A stretch of 47,205 nucleotides of DNA, taken from positions 1 through 47,205 of the forward strand of contig MNYW01000026.1 in assembly GCA_001873295.1 (NCBI GenBank). Direction: 5' to 3'. This document shows positions 7,998 to 17,878 of this stretch, in pieces (position 1 is the first letter of the stretch; each line of letters opens with the position of its first letter). The position numbers and the translations under genes are program-made. Under the pieces are notes generated by a model that saw only the letters and a program-made list of their open reading frames with translations, was not told the DNA's origin and searched no databases. Source of the stretch: Nitrospirae bacterium CG2_30_70_394 (GTDB lineage Bacteria > CG2-30-53-67 > CG2-30-70-394).

Positions 7998-9563
7998 TCA
8001 GGGCGCTGAGCCCAGCAGCGCCAGGGCCGACTCGATACCGTCGGCGGCGGAGGAGATGATGCCGCCGGCGTAACCCGCCCCCTCGCCTATCGGGTAGAGG
8101 CCGAGGTGAGAGGCGGACTGGCGATCAGGACGCCGGACCATGGTCAGCGGGCACGAGGTGCGCGACTCCACGCCATAAAGCAGCGCCGGCGGGTCGAGGA
8201 AGGTGGGGGCGATCCGGCCGAACCGGTCGAGCCCCTGGCGCAGCGCTGAAGTCAGCGGCCGCGGCAAAAGGGTGGTGAGGCGCGCCCCCGCCACCCCCGG
8301 GCGATAGCTCGCTGCGGGAATCGGCGGGTTGGCGCGGCCGAGAAAGGCGGCGACGGTCTGCACCGGGGCGCGGTAGTCGCTGCCGCCGAGGCGAAAGGCG
8401 AGGCGCTCCAACCCCTCTTGGAAGTGCATCCCGGCCAGGACCCCGCCACCCGGAAGATCCGCGGGAACGACCCCGACCACCACGCCGCTGTTGGCAAAGC
8501 CGGTGGCGCGGCGGCGCGGGCTCATCCCGTTCACTACCCCTTGTCCCGCCGCCGAGCCGGAGGCGACTACCTCGCCACCCGGGCACATGCAGAAGGTGTA
8601 GACCGCGCGGCCGTCGTGGGTGTGGTGGACGAAGCGGTAGCGCGCTGGCTCCAGGCCGCGGCCGGCGTCGGCGCCGTACTGGATCCGGTCGATCACCGCC
8701 TGCGGATGCTCGATGCGCAGGCCGACGGCGAACGGTTTGGCCGCCATCGCCACCCCTTGGCCATGGAGGGCGGCGAAGGTGTCGCGGGCGCCGTTACCCA
8801 GGGCGAGGAAGAGGGCGGCGGTGTCGATCGTCCCCGCGCTCGTCGCGACTCCCGTGATCCGCCCGTCGCGCACCACCAGGCGGGTCATGCGCGTGGCGAA
8901 GAGGAAGCGGCAGCCGAGTCCCGACAGAAAGCGGCGGATGCGCACCACCACCGCCCGCAACCGGTCGGTTCCCACGTGCGGGTGGCCGTCGATCAGGATG
9001 TCAGCCGGCGCCCCAAAGCCGACCAGCTCCTGCTTGATCCACTCCACCAACGAATCATCGCGCGACGCGCTCAGCTTGCCGTCGGAGAAGGTACCCGCGC
9101 CGCCCTCGCCGAACTGGATGTTGTTCTCCGGGTCGAAGCTGCCATCCCGGTGAAAGGCGCGCACCGCCTTCACCCGTTGCTCCACCGGCTGGCCGCGCTC
9201 GATCACGATCGGTGGATTGCCCGAGCGCGCCAGGATCAGGGCGGCGAACAGCCCCGCCGGGCCGCTGCCCACCACCACCGGCGGCTGGGCGAGGCGGCGC
9301 GCCGGGATGACCGGCGGCGGCGCCGGCGGCCCCAGGGGGACCACGGTGGGGTGGGGCGAGCGGCTGACCGGTGCCTCCACCGCCACCGTGTAGACCCGAT
9401 GCACCCCGCGGCGCGTATCGAGGGAGCGCCGCCGGATGACCACCTCGCCGAGCTCGCTCTCGCGCACCCCGAGGCGGCCGGCGACCGCCGCGCGCAGCTC
9501 CGCCTCCCCCGCCTCCGGGCCGATACACACCTCCCGCACCAGCCAATGCCGTATCTCAAACAC
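7998..9563 (-). CDS. FAD-dependent oxidoreductase (COG2509-type uncharacterised FAD protein)
   Basis: Motifs seen: dinucleotide fold VVVGSGPAGLFAALILARSG, then IQFGEGGAGTFSDGKL, and a C-terminal GEGAGYAGGI motif. The start is GTG at 9563. Confidence 0.85.
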   Translation of the reverse strand: MFEIRHWLVREVCIGPEAGEAELRAAVAGRLGVRESELGEVVIRRRSLDTRRGVHRVYTVAVEAPVSRSPHPTVVPLGPPAPPPVIPARRLAQPPVVVGSGPAGLFAALILARSGNPPIVIERGQPVEQRVKAVRAFHRDGSFDPENNIQFGEGGAGTFSDGKLSASRDDSLVEWIKQELVGFGAPADILIDGHPHVGTDRLRAVVVRIRRFLSGLGCRFLFATRMTRLVVRDGRITGVATSAGTIDTAALFLALGNGARDTFAALHGQGVAMAAKPFAVGLRIEHPQAVIDRIQYGADAGRGLEPARYRFVHHTHDGRAVYTFCMCPGGEVVASGSAAGQGVVNGMSPRRRATGFANSGVVVGVVPADLPGGGVLAGMHFQEGLERLAFRLGGSDYRAPVQTVAAFLGRANPPIPAASYRPGVAGARLTTLLPRPLTSALRQGLDRFGRIAPTFLDPPALLYGVESRTSCPLTMVRRPDRQSASHLGLYPIGEGAGYAGGIISSAADGIESALALLGSAP

Positions 9564-9637
9564 CGCGCCTCCAACTCAAAGGGGGCGCCACCCTACATCA
9601 ACCGGGCGGCGCCGTTCAGGCGGCCAGCGTGGTGAGA

Positions 9638-9793
9638 GAGCCTGTTGGACCTGGTCCCGATCAACGATCGCGCGCGGATCACGGCCCGGATCGGGCGCCA
9701 ACCTTCGTTTCCTCGGCCCCCGTAGTGCGACGAACACCTCCCCCTCCGGACCCGAGCCCGCCGCTTCTCGGCCCACGATCGACCAGGTTCACA
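9638..9793. repeat. MITE-like element family B, intergenic copy
   Basis: It shares 5', central and 3' blocks with 20828-20995. The 5' block is gagcctgttggac versus gagcctgccggac. The central block cggcccggatcgggc is identical. The 3' block is ccggacccgagcccgcc...cacgatcgaccaggttcaca versus ccggactcgagcccgct...cacgatcgacagggttcgaca. Confidence 0.65.
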
Positions 9794-9878
9794 GACTCCT
9801 CGTGGACGGCGCGGGCCTCGGCGGGCCGTGGCCAAGTTGGCGAGTTTGCGTGTTTGCAGGACTGACCCCAGTACGCGC

Positions 9879-10307
9879 CTACAGCATCCCGACTTGCAGG
9901 CGGGCGACCTGGCTCATCCGGTCGGGACCCCAGGGGGGATCCCAGACGAGGGTGACCTTGGCCTCGGTTACCCCGGCGACCTGGCGCACGGTCTGCTCGA
10001 CCTCACCGGGGAAGGTCTGGGCGACGGGACAGCCCGGGGCGGTGAGGGTCATGGCGATGGCGACTTGGCCGCCCGCTTCCACGTCGAGGCGGTAGACGAG
10101 GCCAAGCTCGACGAGGTCGGCGGGGAGCTCGGGGTCGTGAACCGTGTGCAGGGCGGCGATCACCCGCTGGCGGAGCGGTTCGCACGCGGGGGCGCAGGTG
10201 CCGGGCGGCCCACCGCCGGGGTGGGGCGGTGCGGCTGGAGTGGGCGCGACTTCACCCCCCTCACCGGTGGCGGCGCCCAGGGGGAATCTCCGGCGCAGGG
10301 GTTCCAT
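9879..10307 (-). CDS. sufT: SUF-associated DUF59/SufT-like Fe-S assembly protein
   Basis: The C-terminal 100 aa, LRQRVIAALHTVHDPELPADLVELGLVYRLDV...AMTLTAPGCPVAQTFPGEVEQTVRQV...VTLVWDPPWGPDRMS, forms a DUF59 core. The ATG overlaps the sufU stop (TGATG). The protein has a P/G-rich N-terminal extension of about 45 aa. Confidence 0.8.
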   Translation of the reverse strand: MEPLRRRFPLGAATGEGGEVAPTPAAPPHPGGGPPGTCAPACEPLRQRVIAALHTVHDPELPADLVELGLVYRLDVEAGGQVAIAMTLTAPGCPVAQTFPGEVEQTVRQVAGVTEAKVTLVWDPPWGPDRMSQVARLQVGML

Positions 10308-10753
10308 CACTCGGTGCACACGGTCTCGTGTTGGTTCTCGATCGCCGCCTTCATCACGTGCCATCCCAAGGTGGCGCACTTGATCCGCATGGGGAACTCG
10401 TGGACTCCGGCGAGGACCGCCAGCTTGCCGAGCGGCGCCGCCGCCTCGCCTTTGTGGGTGAGCAGGTGGTGGACGGACTGGAAGAGGGCCTCCACCTCCG
10501 CAATCGGCTTGCCCTTGATCGCCTCGGTCATCAGCGAGGTTGAGGCGACGGCGATGGCGCAGCCAACGCCTTCGAAGCCGACGTCGGTGACGATGTTGTT
10601 TTCCACCTGGAGGTAGACCGTGAACTCGTCGCCGCACAGGGGGTTGAAGCCGAACGCCTGGTGGTTGGCGCCGCCGGGCTTGTGCTGGAAGTTCCGCGGC
10701 CGGCGGTTGTGGTCGAGGATCACGTCTTCGTAGAGGGCGCGCAGGTCGTTCAT
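10307..10753 (-). CDS. sufU: SufU-type (NifU/IscU-like) sulfur acceptor/scaffold
   Basis: The protein begins MNDLRALYEDVILDHNRRPRNF. It has the three-Cys signature NPLCGDEF, GVGCAIAVAS and RIKCATLGW. The ATG overlaps the sufS stop (ATGA). Confidence 0.9.
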   Translation of the reverse strand: MNDLRALYEDVILDHNRRPRNFQHKPGGANHQAFGFNPLCGDEFTVYLQVENNIVTDVGFEGVGCAIAVASTSLMTEAIKGKPIAEVEALFQSVHHLLTHKGEAAAPLGKLAVLAGVHEFPMRIKCATLGWHVMKAAIENQHETVCTE

Positions 10754-12009
10754 CGTCCGAGTACCTCCTGAACGTGGTGGATCCCGGCTACCAGGCGGTC
10801 GATCTCCGCGCGGCGGTTGTACAACGCGAGGGAGGCGCGGGCGGTGGCGGGGAGGTGGAAGTGGTCCATCACCGGGTGGGCGCAGTGGTGGCCGGCGCGG
10901 ATCGCGATGCCGTCGCGGTCGAGGATGGTGGCGACGTCGTGGGGGTGGGCACCGGCGATCACCATGGAGAGGATGCCGAGTCGCTCCGGCGCGTTGCCGA
11001 TCAGGCGCACGCCGGTGAGCCCGGCGAGTTGGGCGAGGCCGTAGGCGAGGAGGTCTTGCTCGTGGGCAGCGATCCGCTCCCGGCCGAGGGAGTCGAGGTA
11101 GTCCAGCGCCGCGGCCAGCCCGACCGCGCCGGCGACGTTCGGGGTCCCCGCCTCGAAGCGAGCGGGTGGCGGGGCGTAGGTGGTCTCCTCGAAGGTGACG
11201 TGGCGGATCATCTCGCCGCCCCCTTGGTAGGGGGCCATCTGCTCCAAAAGCTCCCGGCGGCCGTAGAGGCAGCCGATCCCCATGGGGCCGTACACCTTGT
11301 GGCCGGAGAAGGCGTAGAAGTCGGCGCCCATGGCGTGCACGTCGACTTCCAGGTGAGCCACGGCCTGGGCGCCGTCCACCAAGAGCAGGGCGCCGGCGGC
11401 GTGGGCGCGCGTGGCGATCTCGCGCACCGGGTTGATCGTGCCGAGGGCGTTGGAGCCGTGGACCACCGCGACCAGGCGGGTGCGCTCGGTGAGCAGCGCG
11501 TCGAGCTTGTCCAGGCGCAGGCAGCCCTGATCGTCCATGGGCAGGACCTTCAAACAGATGCCGAGGCGGTCGCGGAGGAGTTGCCACGGGACGATGTTCG
11601 AGTGGTGCTCCATCTCGGTGATCACCACCTCGTCGCCGGCGGTGAAGCGGTTGCCGAGGGAGGCGGCCACCAGGTTGATCGCCTCGGTGGTACCGCGCAC
11701 GAAGACGATCTCCGCGGCCTCGGCGGCGTGCAGGAAGTGGGCGACTTTGGCGCGCGCCTGCTCGTACGCCTCGGTCGCCCGCTCGGCGAGGGCGTGGACG
11801 CCGCGGTGGACGTTGGCGTTGTCGTGGGCGTAGTAGCGTGCCATCGCCGCGATCACCGCCTGCGGCTTTTGGGTGGTGGCGGCGTTGTCGAGGTAGACGA
11901 GGGGCTGGCCGTGGACCTCTTGATCGAGGCAGGGGAAGTCGGCGCGCACCGCGTCGAGGTCCAGCGGCGGGCGGGTCGGGGGGCGGGGCGCGGCGAGCGG
12001 GCGGGTCAT
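10750..12009 (-). CDS. sufS: Cysteine desulfurase, SufS (group II)
   Basis: Motifs seen: YLDNAATTQKP, PLP-lysine motif FSGHKVYGPMGIG, and active-site loop RAGHHCAHP. The ATG overlaps the sufD stop. Confidence 0.92.
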   Translation of the reverse strand: MTRPLAAPRPPTRPPLDLDAVRADFPCLDQEVHGQPLVYLDNAATTQKPQAVIAAMARYYAHDNANVHRGVHALAERATEAYEQARAKVAHFLHAAEAAEIVFVRGTTEAINLVAASLGNRFTAGDEVVITEMEHHSNIVPWQLLRDRLGICLKVLPMDDQGCLRLDKLDALLTERTRLVAVVHGSNALGTINPVREIATRAHAAGALLLVDGAQAVAHLEVDVHAMGADFYAFSGHKVYGPMGIGCLYGRRELLEQMAPYQGGGEMIRHVTFEETTYAPPPARFEAGTPNVAGAVGLAAALDYLDSLGRERIAAHEQDLLAYGLAQLAGLTGVRLIGNAPERLGILSMVIAGAHPHDVATILDRDGIAIRAGHHCAHPVMDHFHLPATARASLALYNRRAEIDRLVAGIHHVQEVLGR

Positions 12010-13472
12010 CGTGGCTCCTCCAGCAACTCGGTAAGGCGGCGATCGACGCGCGCGCGGACCGCTGCGGCCACCGTGGGGTCGGCGACGCTCGCCACCACCT
12101 CGGTGGCAAAGGCGGCGGTGAGGATCTGACGCGCCTCGTCCGCATCGAGCCCACGGGCGCGCAGGTAGAAGAGGGCCTCGTCATCGAGTCGGCCGACGGT
12201 GGCGCCGTGGCTGCACTTCACGTCGTCGGCGTCGATGCGCAGGATCGGCCGGGTGTCCGCCTCGGCGCGGTCGGAGAGGAGCAGATTGGCGTTGGTCAGG
12301 CGCGCGTCGGTCTGTTGGGCGCCGGGGTGGACGTGGACCAGGCCGGAGAAGCAGCCACGGCCACGGCCGGTGACGATCTGCTTCACGAGCTCGCGCGAGC
12401 GGGTGGCCAGGGCGTCGTGGTCGATGCGGGTGGTGAGGTCGAGGTGGTCGCCCCCGCCCGCGAGGGCGAGGCCGAAGAGTTGCGCCGAACCACCCGCGCC
12501 CGCGAGATGGGTGGCGAACTCGGTGCGGGCGAGCCGGCCGCCGAGGGCGAGGAGGTGGGCGGTGAGGCGGCTATCGCACCCCTGGGTCACCGCCACGGTG
12601 GCGGTGTGGAAGCTGCCTGGCTCGTGAACGAGCTTGAGGTAGTCGAGTTGAGCGCGGGCGCCGAGGTCGATCTCGGTCACCGGGTCGGCGAAGGCGTTGG
12701 CCGTCCCGAGGGCGACATGGTTCTCCACCACCGTGGCGTGCGAGCCAGCGCCGAGGACGATCAGGTTGCGCGGCGCGGAAAAGAGCGGCTCGCTGGTGGC
12801 GGTGGTGAGGAAGAGGAGCTCCACCCTCCCCGCGTCCACGCCGTCGGCAACGAACAAGACCGCGCCGTCGCAGGCCAAAGCCATGTTCAGCTCCGCCACC
12901 GGCTGATCCGCTCCGAGGTGGTGGCCAAGGTGGTGGGCCATCTCGTCGGGCCACCGCTCGATCGCTTGGGCCCACCCCGCCAGGCGCAGCGCCGACCGTT
13001 CGGGCGGCGCCGCCGGCCCGCCGCACGGTCGCCCATGGACGCCGGTGGGGTCATCCCCGGCCGGGGTCGGGCTTACGCCAGCCCCCCTCGGGGATGGCGC
13101 GCCCCGCCCGATCCCGTCTGCCGAGAGGGAGGGAGCAAGGCAGAGGGAGGGGGCGAGGCGGCCATTCACAAAACAGAGGCGGGCCTTGGCGCCAGGAGCC
13201 ATGAGCAGGGGGGCGAGATCGCCGGTGTCGAGGCCGATGCACTGCTCTCCCGGCGGCGCGAACGCCACCGGTGCCACCGCCGCCAGGGAGGTGTAGTGCC
13301 ACCGTTCGTCGCGGGTCGCCGGCAGACCGGTGGCGGCGAAGCGGGCCATCGCCGCCGCGCGCAGGTCGGCGAGCCAGGGGGGCTCCGCGCCGACTCGCCG
13401 GGTCGCGCGCGCGCGAAAGAGGCTCCGGTAGTGGTCCACCGCTGTGGTGGGGTTGAGCACCTTGGTCGTCAT
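12006..13472 (-). CDS. sufD: Fe-S cluster assembly protein SufD
   Basis: Position between sufC and sufS supports the call, as does the beta-helix C-terminal region (RIDADDVKCSHGATVGRLDDEALFYLRARGL). ATG at 13472 has the RBS gagaggagag 4-5 nt upstream. The ORF is also open to a GTG at 13511 that overlaps the sufC stop. Confidence 0.85.
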   Translation of the reverse strand: MTTKVLNPTTAVDHYRSLFRARATRRVGAEPPWLADLRAAAMARFAATGLPATRDERWHYTSLAAVAPVAFAPPGEQCIGLDTGDLAPLLMAPGAKARLCFVNGRLAPSLCLAPSLSADGIGRGAPSPRGAGVSPTPAGDDPTGVHGRPCGGPAAPPERSALRLAGWAQAIERWPDEMAHHLGHHLGADQPVAELNMALACDGAVLFVADGVDAGRVELLFLTTATSEPLFSAPRNLIVLGAGSHATVVENHVALGTANAFADPVTEIDLGARAQLDYLKLVHEPGSFHTATVAVTQGCDSRLTAHLLALGGRLARTEFATHLAGAGGSAQLFGLALAGGGDHLDLTTRIDHDALATRSRELVKQIVTGRGRGCFSGLVHVHPGAQQTDARLTNANLLLSDRAEADTRPILRIDADDVKCSHGATVGRLDDEALFYLRARGLDADEARQILTAAFATEVVASVADPTVAAAVRARVDRRLTELLEEPR

Positions 13473-13507
13473 CAGACTCTCCTCTCGCGTGGGGGCCACC
13501 GGACCCG

Positions 13508-14272
<765 letters not shown>

Positions 14273-14345
14273 GGTGGTTTCCTGGGGAGTGGGTGGGGCC
14301 GCTTGGGTGGAGGGCGGGGCGGCGTGGCTCTGCATGGGAACTCGT

Positions 14346-15788
14346 TCACCCGATCGCATCTTCGAGGCTCACCCCGAGGAGCTTCCGCGCCTCCACCGCG
14401 AACTCCATGGGCAGCTCCCTGAAGACCTCTTTGCAGAAGCCGTTCACCAGCATGGAGACCGCCTCCTCCGGGGCGATGCCGCGCGCCTGGCAGTAAAAGA
14501 GTTGATCCTCGCCGATCTTCGACGTGGAGGCCTCGTGCTCCACCCGCGCGCTCGGCTCCTTCACCTCGATGTACGGGAAGGTGTGGGCGCCGCAGGTGTC
14601 GCCGATCAGCAGCGAGTCGCACTGGCTGTAGTTGCGCGCTCCCGTCGCCCCCTTCGCTACCTTCACCAGGCCGCGGTAGCTGTTCTGGCCCCGTCCCGCG
14701 GAGATCCCCTTGGCGAGGATGGTGGAGCGGGTGTTGCGGCCGAGGTGGACCATCTTCGTGCCGGTGTCCGCCTGCTGGTGGTGGTGGGTGAGGGCGACCG
14801 AGTGGAACTCACCCACCGAGTCGTCGCCGCGCAGGATGCAGCTCGGGTACTTCCAGGTGATCGCCGAGCCGGTCTCCACCTGGGTCCACGAGATCCGCGA
14901 CCGCGCGCCGCGGCACTCGCCGCGTTTGGTGACGAAGTTGTAGATGCCGCCCTTGCCCTCGGCGTCGCCCGGGTACCAGTTCTGCACCGTCGAGTACTTG
15001 ATCCGAGCCTCCTCCTCGGCGATCAGCTCGACCACCGCCGCGTGCAGTTGGTTCTCGTCGCGCATCGGCGCGGTGCACCCCTCGAGGTAGCTCACCTGGC
15101 TGCCGCGGTCGGCAATAATCAGGGTGCGTTCGAACTGGCCGGTGGCCGCGGCGTTGATTCGGAAGTAGGTGGAGAGCTCCATCGGGCAGCGCACCTTCGG
15201 CGGGATGTAGCAGAACGAGCCGTCGGTGAAGACCGCCGCGTTGAGCGCCGCGAAGAAGTTGTCCGCCGGCCCGACCACCGAGCCGAGGTAGCGGCGCACC
15301 AGCTCCGGGTGGCTGCGCACCGCCTCGGAGAAGGAGCAGAAGAGGATCCCCTCCTCGGCGAGCCGGTCCTTGAAGGTGGTGGCCACGGAGACCGAGTCGA
15401 AGACCGCGTCCACTGCCACCCCGGCGAGGGCCTCGCGCTCGGCCAGGGGGATGCCGAGCTTGTCGTAGGTGCGCAGCAGCTCCGGGTCGATCGCGTCGCC
15501 GGACCGCGTCCCGGCGCGTCGCTTCGGCGCCGAGTAGTAGGTGATCGCCTGGTAGTCGATCGGCGGGTAGTGAACCCAGGCCCAGGTGGGCTCCACCATC
15601 GTTTGCCAGTGGCGGAAGGCAGCGAGGCGCCAGGCGAGCAGCCAGTCGGGCTCGCCCTTCTTTTCCGAGATGAGGCGAATCACCGCCTCGTTCAGGCCGG
15701 GCGGGACGCGGTCCTCGTCGATGGGGGTGACGAAGCCGTCGCGATACTCCTTGGCCAACAGCGCTTCCACGGATTGCTTGCTATTCAT
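14346..15788 (-). CDS. sufB: Fe-S cluster assembly scaffold SufB
   Basis: A 480-aa protein starting [19 protein letters not shown]. Conserved blocks seen: [27 protein letters not shown] and [15 protein letters not shown]. The ATG overlaps the stop of the upstream rrf2 gene (ATGA). Confidence 0.92.
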   Translation of the reverse strand: MNSKQSVEALLAKEYRDGFVTPIDEDRVPPGLNEAVIRLISEKKGEPDWLLAWRLAAFRHWQTMVEPTWAWVHYPPIDYQAITYYSAPKRRAGTRSGDAIDPELLRTYDKLGIPLAEREALAGVAVDAVFDSVSVATTFKDRLAEEGILFCSFSEAVRSHPELVRRYLGSVVGPADNFFAALNAAVFTDGSFCYIPPKVRCPMELSTYFRINAAATGQFERTLIIADRGSQVSYLEGCTAPMRDENQLHAAVVELIAEEEARIKYSTVQNWYPGDAEGKGGIYNFVTKRGECRGARSRISWTQVETGSAITWKYPSCILRGDDSVGEFHSVALTHHHQQADTGTKMVHLGRNTRSTILAKGISAGRGQNSYRGLVKVAKGATGARNYSQCDSLLIGDTCGAHTFPYIEVKEPSARVEHEASTSKIGEDQLFYCQARGIAPEEAVSMLVNGFCKEVFRELPMEFAVEARKLLGVSLEDAIG

Positions 15789-16261
15789 CGCTGCCTCCTT
15801 TGCGTGCGCGACGCCGCCACGGGGTGGAGCTCGAGGGGGTGGGTCGAACCATGGAGGGGGCTGGCCGCCACCATGTCCGCCAGGGTCACTCCCTCCAAGG
15901 CCGCCTGGACGATCTCGTTGACGCGCATCCACGGGGCGCGGGTGGCGCACGTCGCCTCGTGGTCGCAAAGCCCCTCGCCGTCGCTGCACGCGGTGACCGT
16001 CACCGGCCCCTCGAGGGCGGTGATCACGTGCGCGATGGTGATCTCCTCCGGCGGCCGCGCCAGGCGGTAGCCGCCGAGGGCGCCGCGCCGAGATGCCACC
16101 AGCCCCTTGCGGGTGAGCCCCTTGAGGAGCTTGGCGACCGTCGGCAGAGGGATGCGGCTCTCCTCTGCCACCTCCGCCGCCGTGTGCAGGCGAAACGGCG
16201 CCGCGGCGATCTTCACCATCACCATCGTCCCGTAGTCCGCGAGCTTGCTGATTCGAAGCAT
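15785..16261 (-). CDS. Rrf2-family transcriptional regulator heading the suf operon
   Basis: Motifs seen: [19 protein letters not shown], winged helix [41 protein letters not shown], and a Cys cluster C..GEGLC....C consistent with Fe-S ligation. Confidence 0.85.
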   Translation of the reverse strand: MLRISKLADYGTMVMVKIAAAPFRLHTAAEVAEESRIPLPTVAKLLKGLTRKGLVASRRGALGGYRLARPPEEITIAHVITALEGPVTVTACSDGEGLCDHEATCATRAPWMRVNEIVQAALEGVTLADMVAASPLHGSTHPLELHPVAASRTQRRQR

Positions 16262-16285
16262 GAAGTCCTTCCCGGTCTCGATGTG

Positions 16286-16300
16286 GGACCACTCTGGTCC
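16286..16300. promoter_or_regulatory. Candidate operator: palindrome GGACCA-CTC-TGGTCC upstream of the suf rrf2 gene
   Basis: A perfect 6-bp inverted repeat with a 3-bp spacer, 25-40 bp upstream of the ATG at 16261. The functional assignment is inference only. Confidence 0.3.
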
Positions 16301-16319
16301 TCAACGGGCGAATGGGCAA

Positions 16320-16580
16320 GCGGGGCGCAGCCGGCCCCAGGCCGGCGACCGTGCGCGATGGAAAGGCAAGGGCGCACGCGGGCGCGGGGGGTGTTGCGGG
16401 CGCAGCAATCGGGGAGGGGGCGCGGCCGGGAAGGCGAGCTCGCGCGGAGACGCGGAGGCGCGGAGGGAGGGAGGATGTCTTGTAGAGCGGGCCGCGAATC
16501 ACTGCGAAGGGGCGCGAATCGGGGAGGGGGGAAGACGAGGAACGGGTAGGAGAAGGTAGAAAGGGGTGGGTGGCGCGGGC
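16320..16580. repeat. Family A modular repeat, reverse orientation (modules X-Y)
   Basis: The reverse complement reads cgcgccacccaccccttctacc...ccccgattcgcgccccttcgcagtgattcgcggcccgctctacaag...ccgcgcctccgcgtctccgcgcgagctcgccttcccggccgcgcc. This is collinear with blocks of 2283-2560, but the module order is swapped. Confidence 0.65.
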
Positions 16581-16674
16581 GCACCGCCGGCGCGTCGTCG
16601 GCGATGTTGCTGGCGACACCTCCCCGCCGTGGCTCGCCCTACTGATGACCGGGGATCTCCGGCATCATCCCGCG

Positions 16675-17709
16675 ATGCCACGCGACAACCTCGACTCGCC
16701 GGTGCGGATCGGCTCGGTCACCCTCCCCGGGCGGGTGGTCGCGGCGCCCATGGCGGGGGTCTCCGACCTCCCCTTTCGCGAGCTGGCGCGCGAGCTCGGT
16801 GCGGCCATGGTGTGCACCGAGATGGTGAGCGCCGAGGCCCTGGTGCGCCGCTCGGGCCGGACCCGCGCGCTCATGCGCTACGCGGAGGGCGAGCGGCCCG
16901 TCTCCATGCAGCTCTTCGGCGGCCGGCCCGCGGTGATGGCGGAGGCGGCGCGCGTGCTGTGCGACCACGGCGTCGATTTGATCGACATCAATATGGGTTG
17001 CCCGGTGCGCAAGGTGGTGAAGTCGGGCGCCGGGGCGGCACTCATGCGCGAGCCCACCCAGGCGGCCGCGGTGGTGGCGGCGGTGGTGGCGGCCGCCGAT
17101 CGGCCGGTGACCGTGAAGATGCGCGCCGGTTGGGACGCCACGTCGATGAACGCGGTGGCGGTGGCGCGCGCCTGCGAGCAGGCGGGGGCGGCGGCGGTCT
17201 GTGTCCACGCCCGCACCCGCGGCGATGGCTTTGGCCCGCAGCGCCGCTACGACGTGGTGGCGGCGGTGAAGGCGGCCCTGACCATCCCGGTGATCGGCAA
17301 TGGTGGCATCGATTCGCCGGCGGCGGCGATGCATGTGCTCGCCGAGTGCGCCTGCGACGCGGTGATGGTGGGGCGCGCCGCCCTCGGCAACCCGTGGATC
17401 TTCGCCGCCATCCGCGCCGCCTTGCGCGGCGCGGCCCCGCCGGTGGTGACCCTGGGCGCGCGGCGGCAGGCGTTGCTCCGCCACCTGGCGCGCGCGGTGG
17501 AGGTCCACGGCGAGCAGCTCGCGGTGCGCCGGATGCGCAAACACCTGGCGTGGTACCTCCACGGCCTGCGCGACGGTCATCGGGTGAAGGAGGCGCTCCA
17601 GCGGCTCGACTCCGCCGCCGAGGTGGCCGCGGCGGTGGCACGCTACTTCGACCGGCTTGCCACGGTGGAGGCCACCAGCGGGTGCGCGGCGGTGGAGGTC
17701 GGGGAATGA
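16675..17709 (+). CDS. dusB: tRNA-dihydrouridine synthase B
   Basis: Motifs seen: VRIGSVTLPGRVVAAPMAGVSDLPFR, DINMGCPVRKVVKSGAGAAL, and VHARTR...IPVIGNGGI. ATG at 16675 is preferred; the ORF is open from 16570 through repeat sequence. Confidence 0.88.
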   Translation: MPRDNLDSPVRIGSVTLPGRVVAAPMAGVSDLPFRELARELGAAMVCTEMVSAEALVRRSGRTRALMRYAEGERPVSMQLFGGRPAVMAEAARVLCDHGVDLIDINMGCPVRKVVKSGAGAALMREPTQAAAVVAAVVAAADRPVTVKMRAGWDATSMNAVAVARACEQAGAAAVCVHARTRGDGFGPQRRYDVVAAVKAALTIPVIGNGGIDSPAAAMHVLAECACDAVMVGRAALGNPWIFAAIRAALRGAAPPVVTLGARRQALLRHLARAVEVHGEQLAVRRMRKHLAWYLHGLRDGHRVKEALQRLDSAAEVAAAVARYFDRLATVEATSGCAAVEVGE

Positions 17710-17878
17710 GCAGGGTGTTTGTGCTGGACGAGGGTGGCGCGCCGCCCTCCCTCTTGGAGGGGGTTATCGACTCCCCGCCCGGTGCCCCGGTAGCGCGCTG
17801 TTTCGACCGCCGGGCGGCGGCCGCGATCGAGGGGGCGGCGGATGGCGCGGCCCGGGCGATCGCCTTGGAGGGCGCGCG

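Noticed and set aside
10307-12184. A 625-aa ORF ending in SufU.
   Set aside because: Only the last 148 aa are SufU. The rest is an alternative frame of sufS/sufD with P/R-rich nonsense composition.
14346-16619. A 757-aa version of SufB with a 277-aa N-terminal extension.
   Set aside because: The extension runs through the rrf2 gene in another frame and through family A repeat DNA. The conserved SufB sequence begins at [11 protein letters not shown] (ATG 15788), which overlaps the rrf2 stop.
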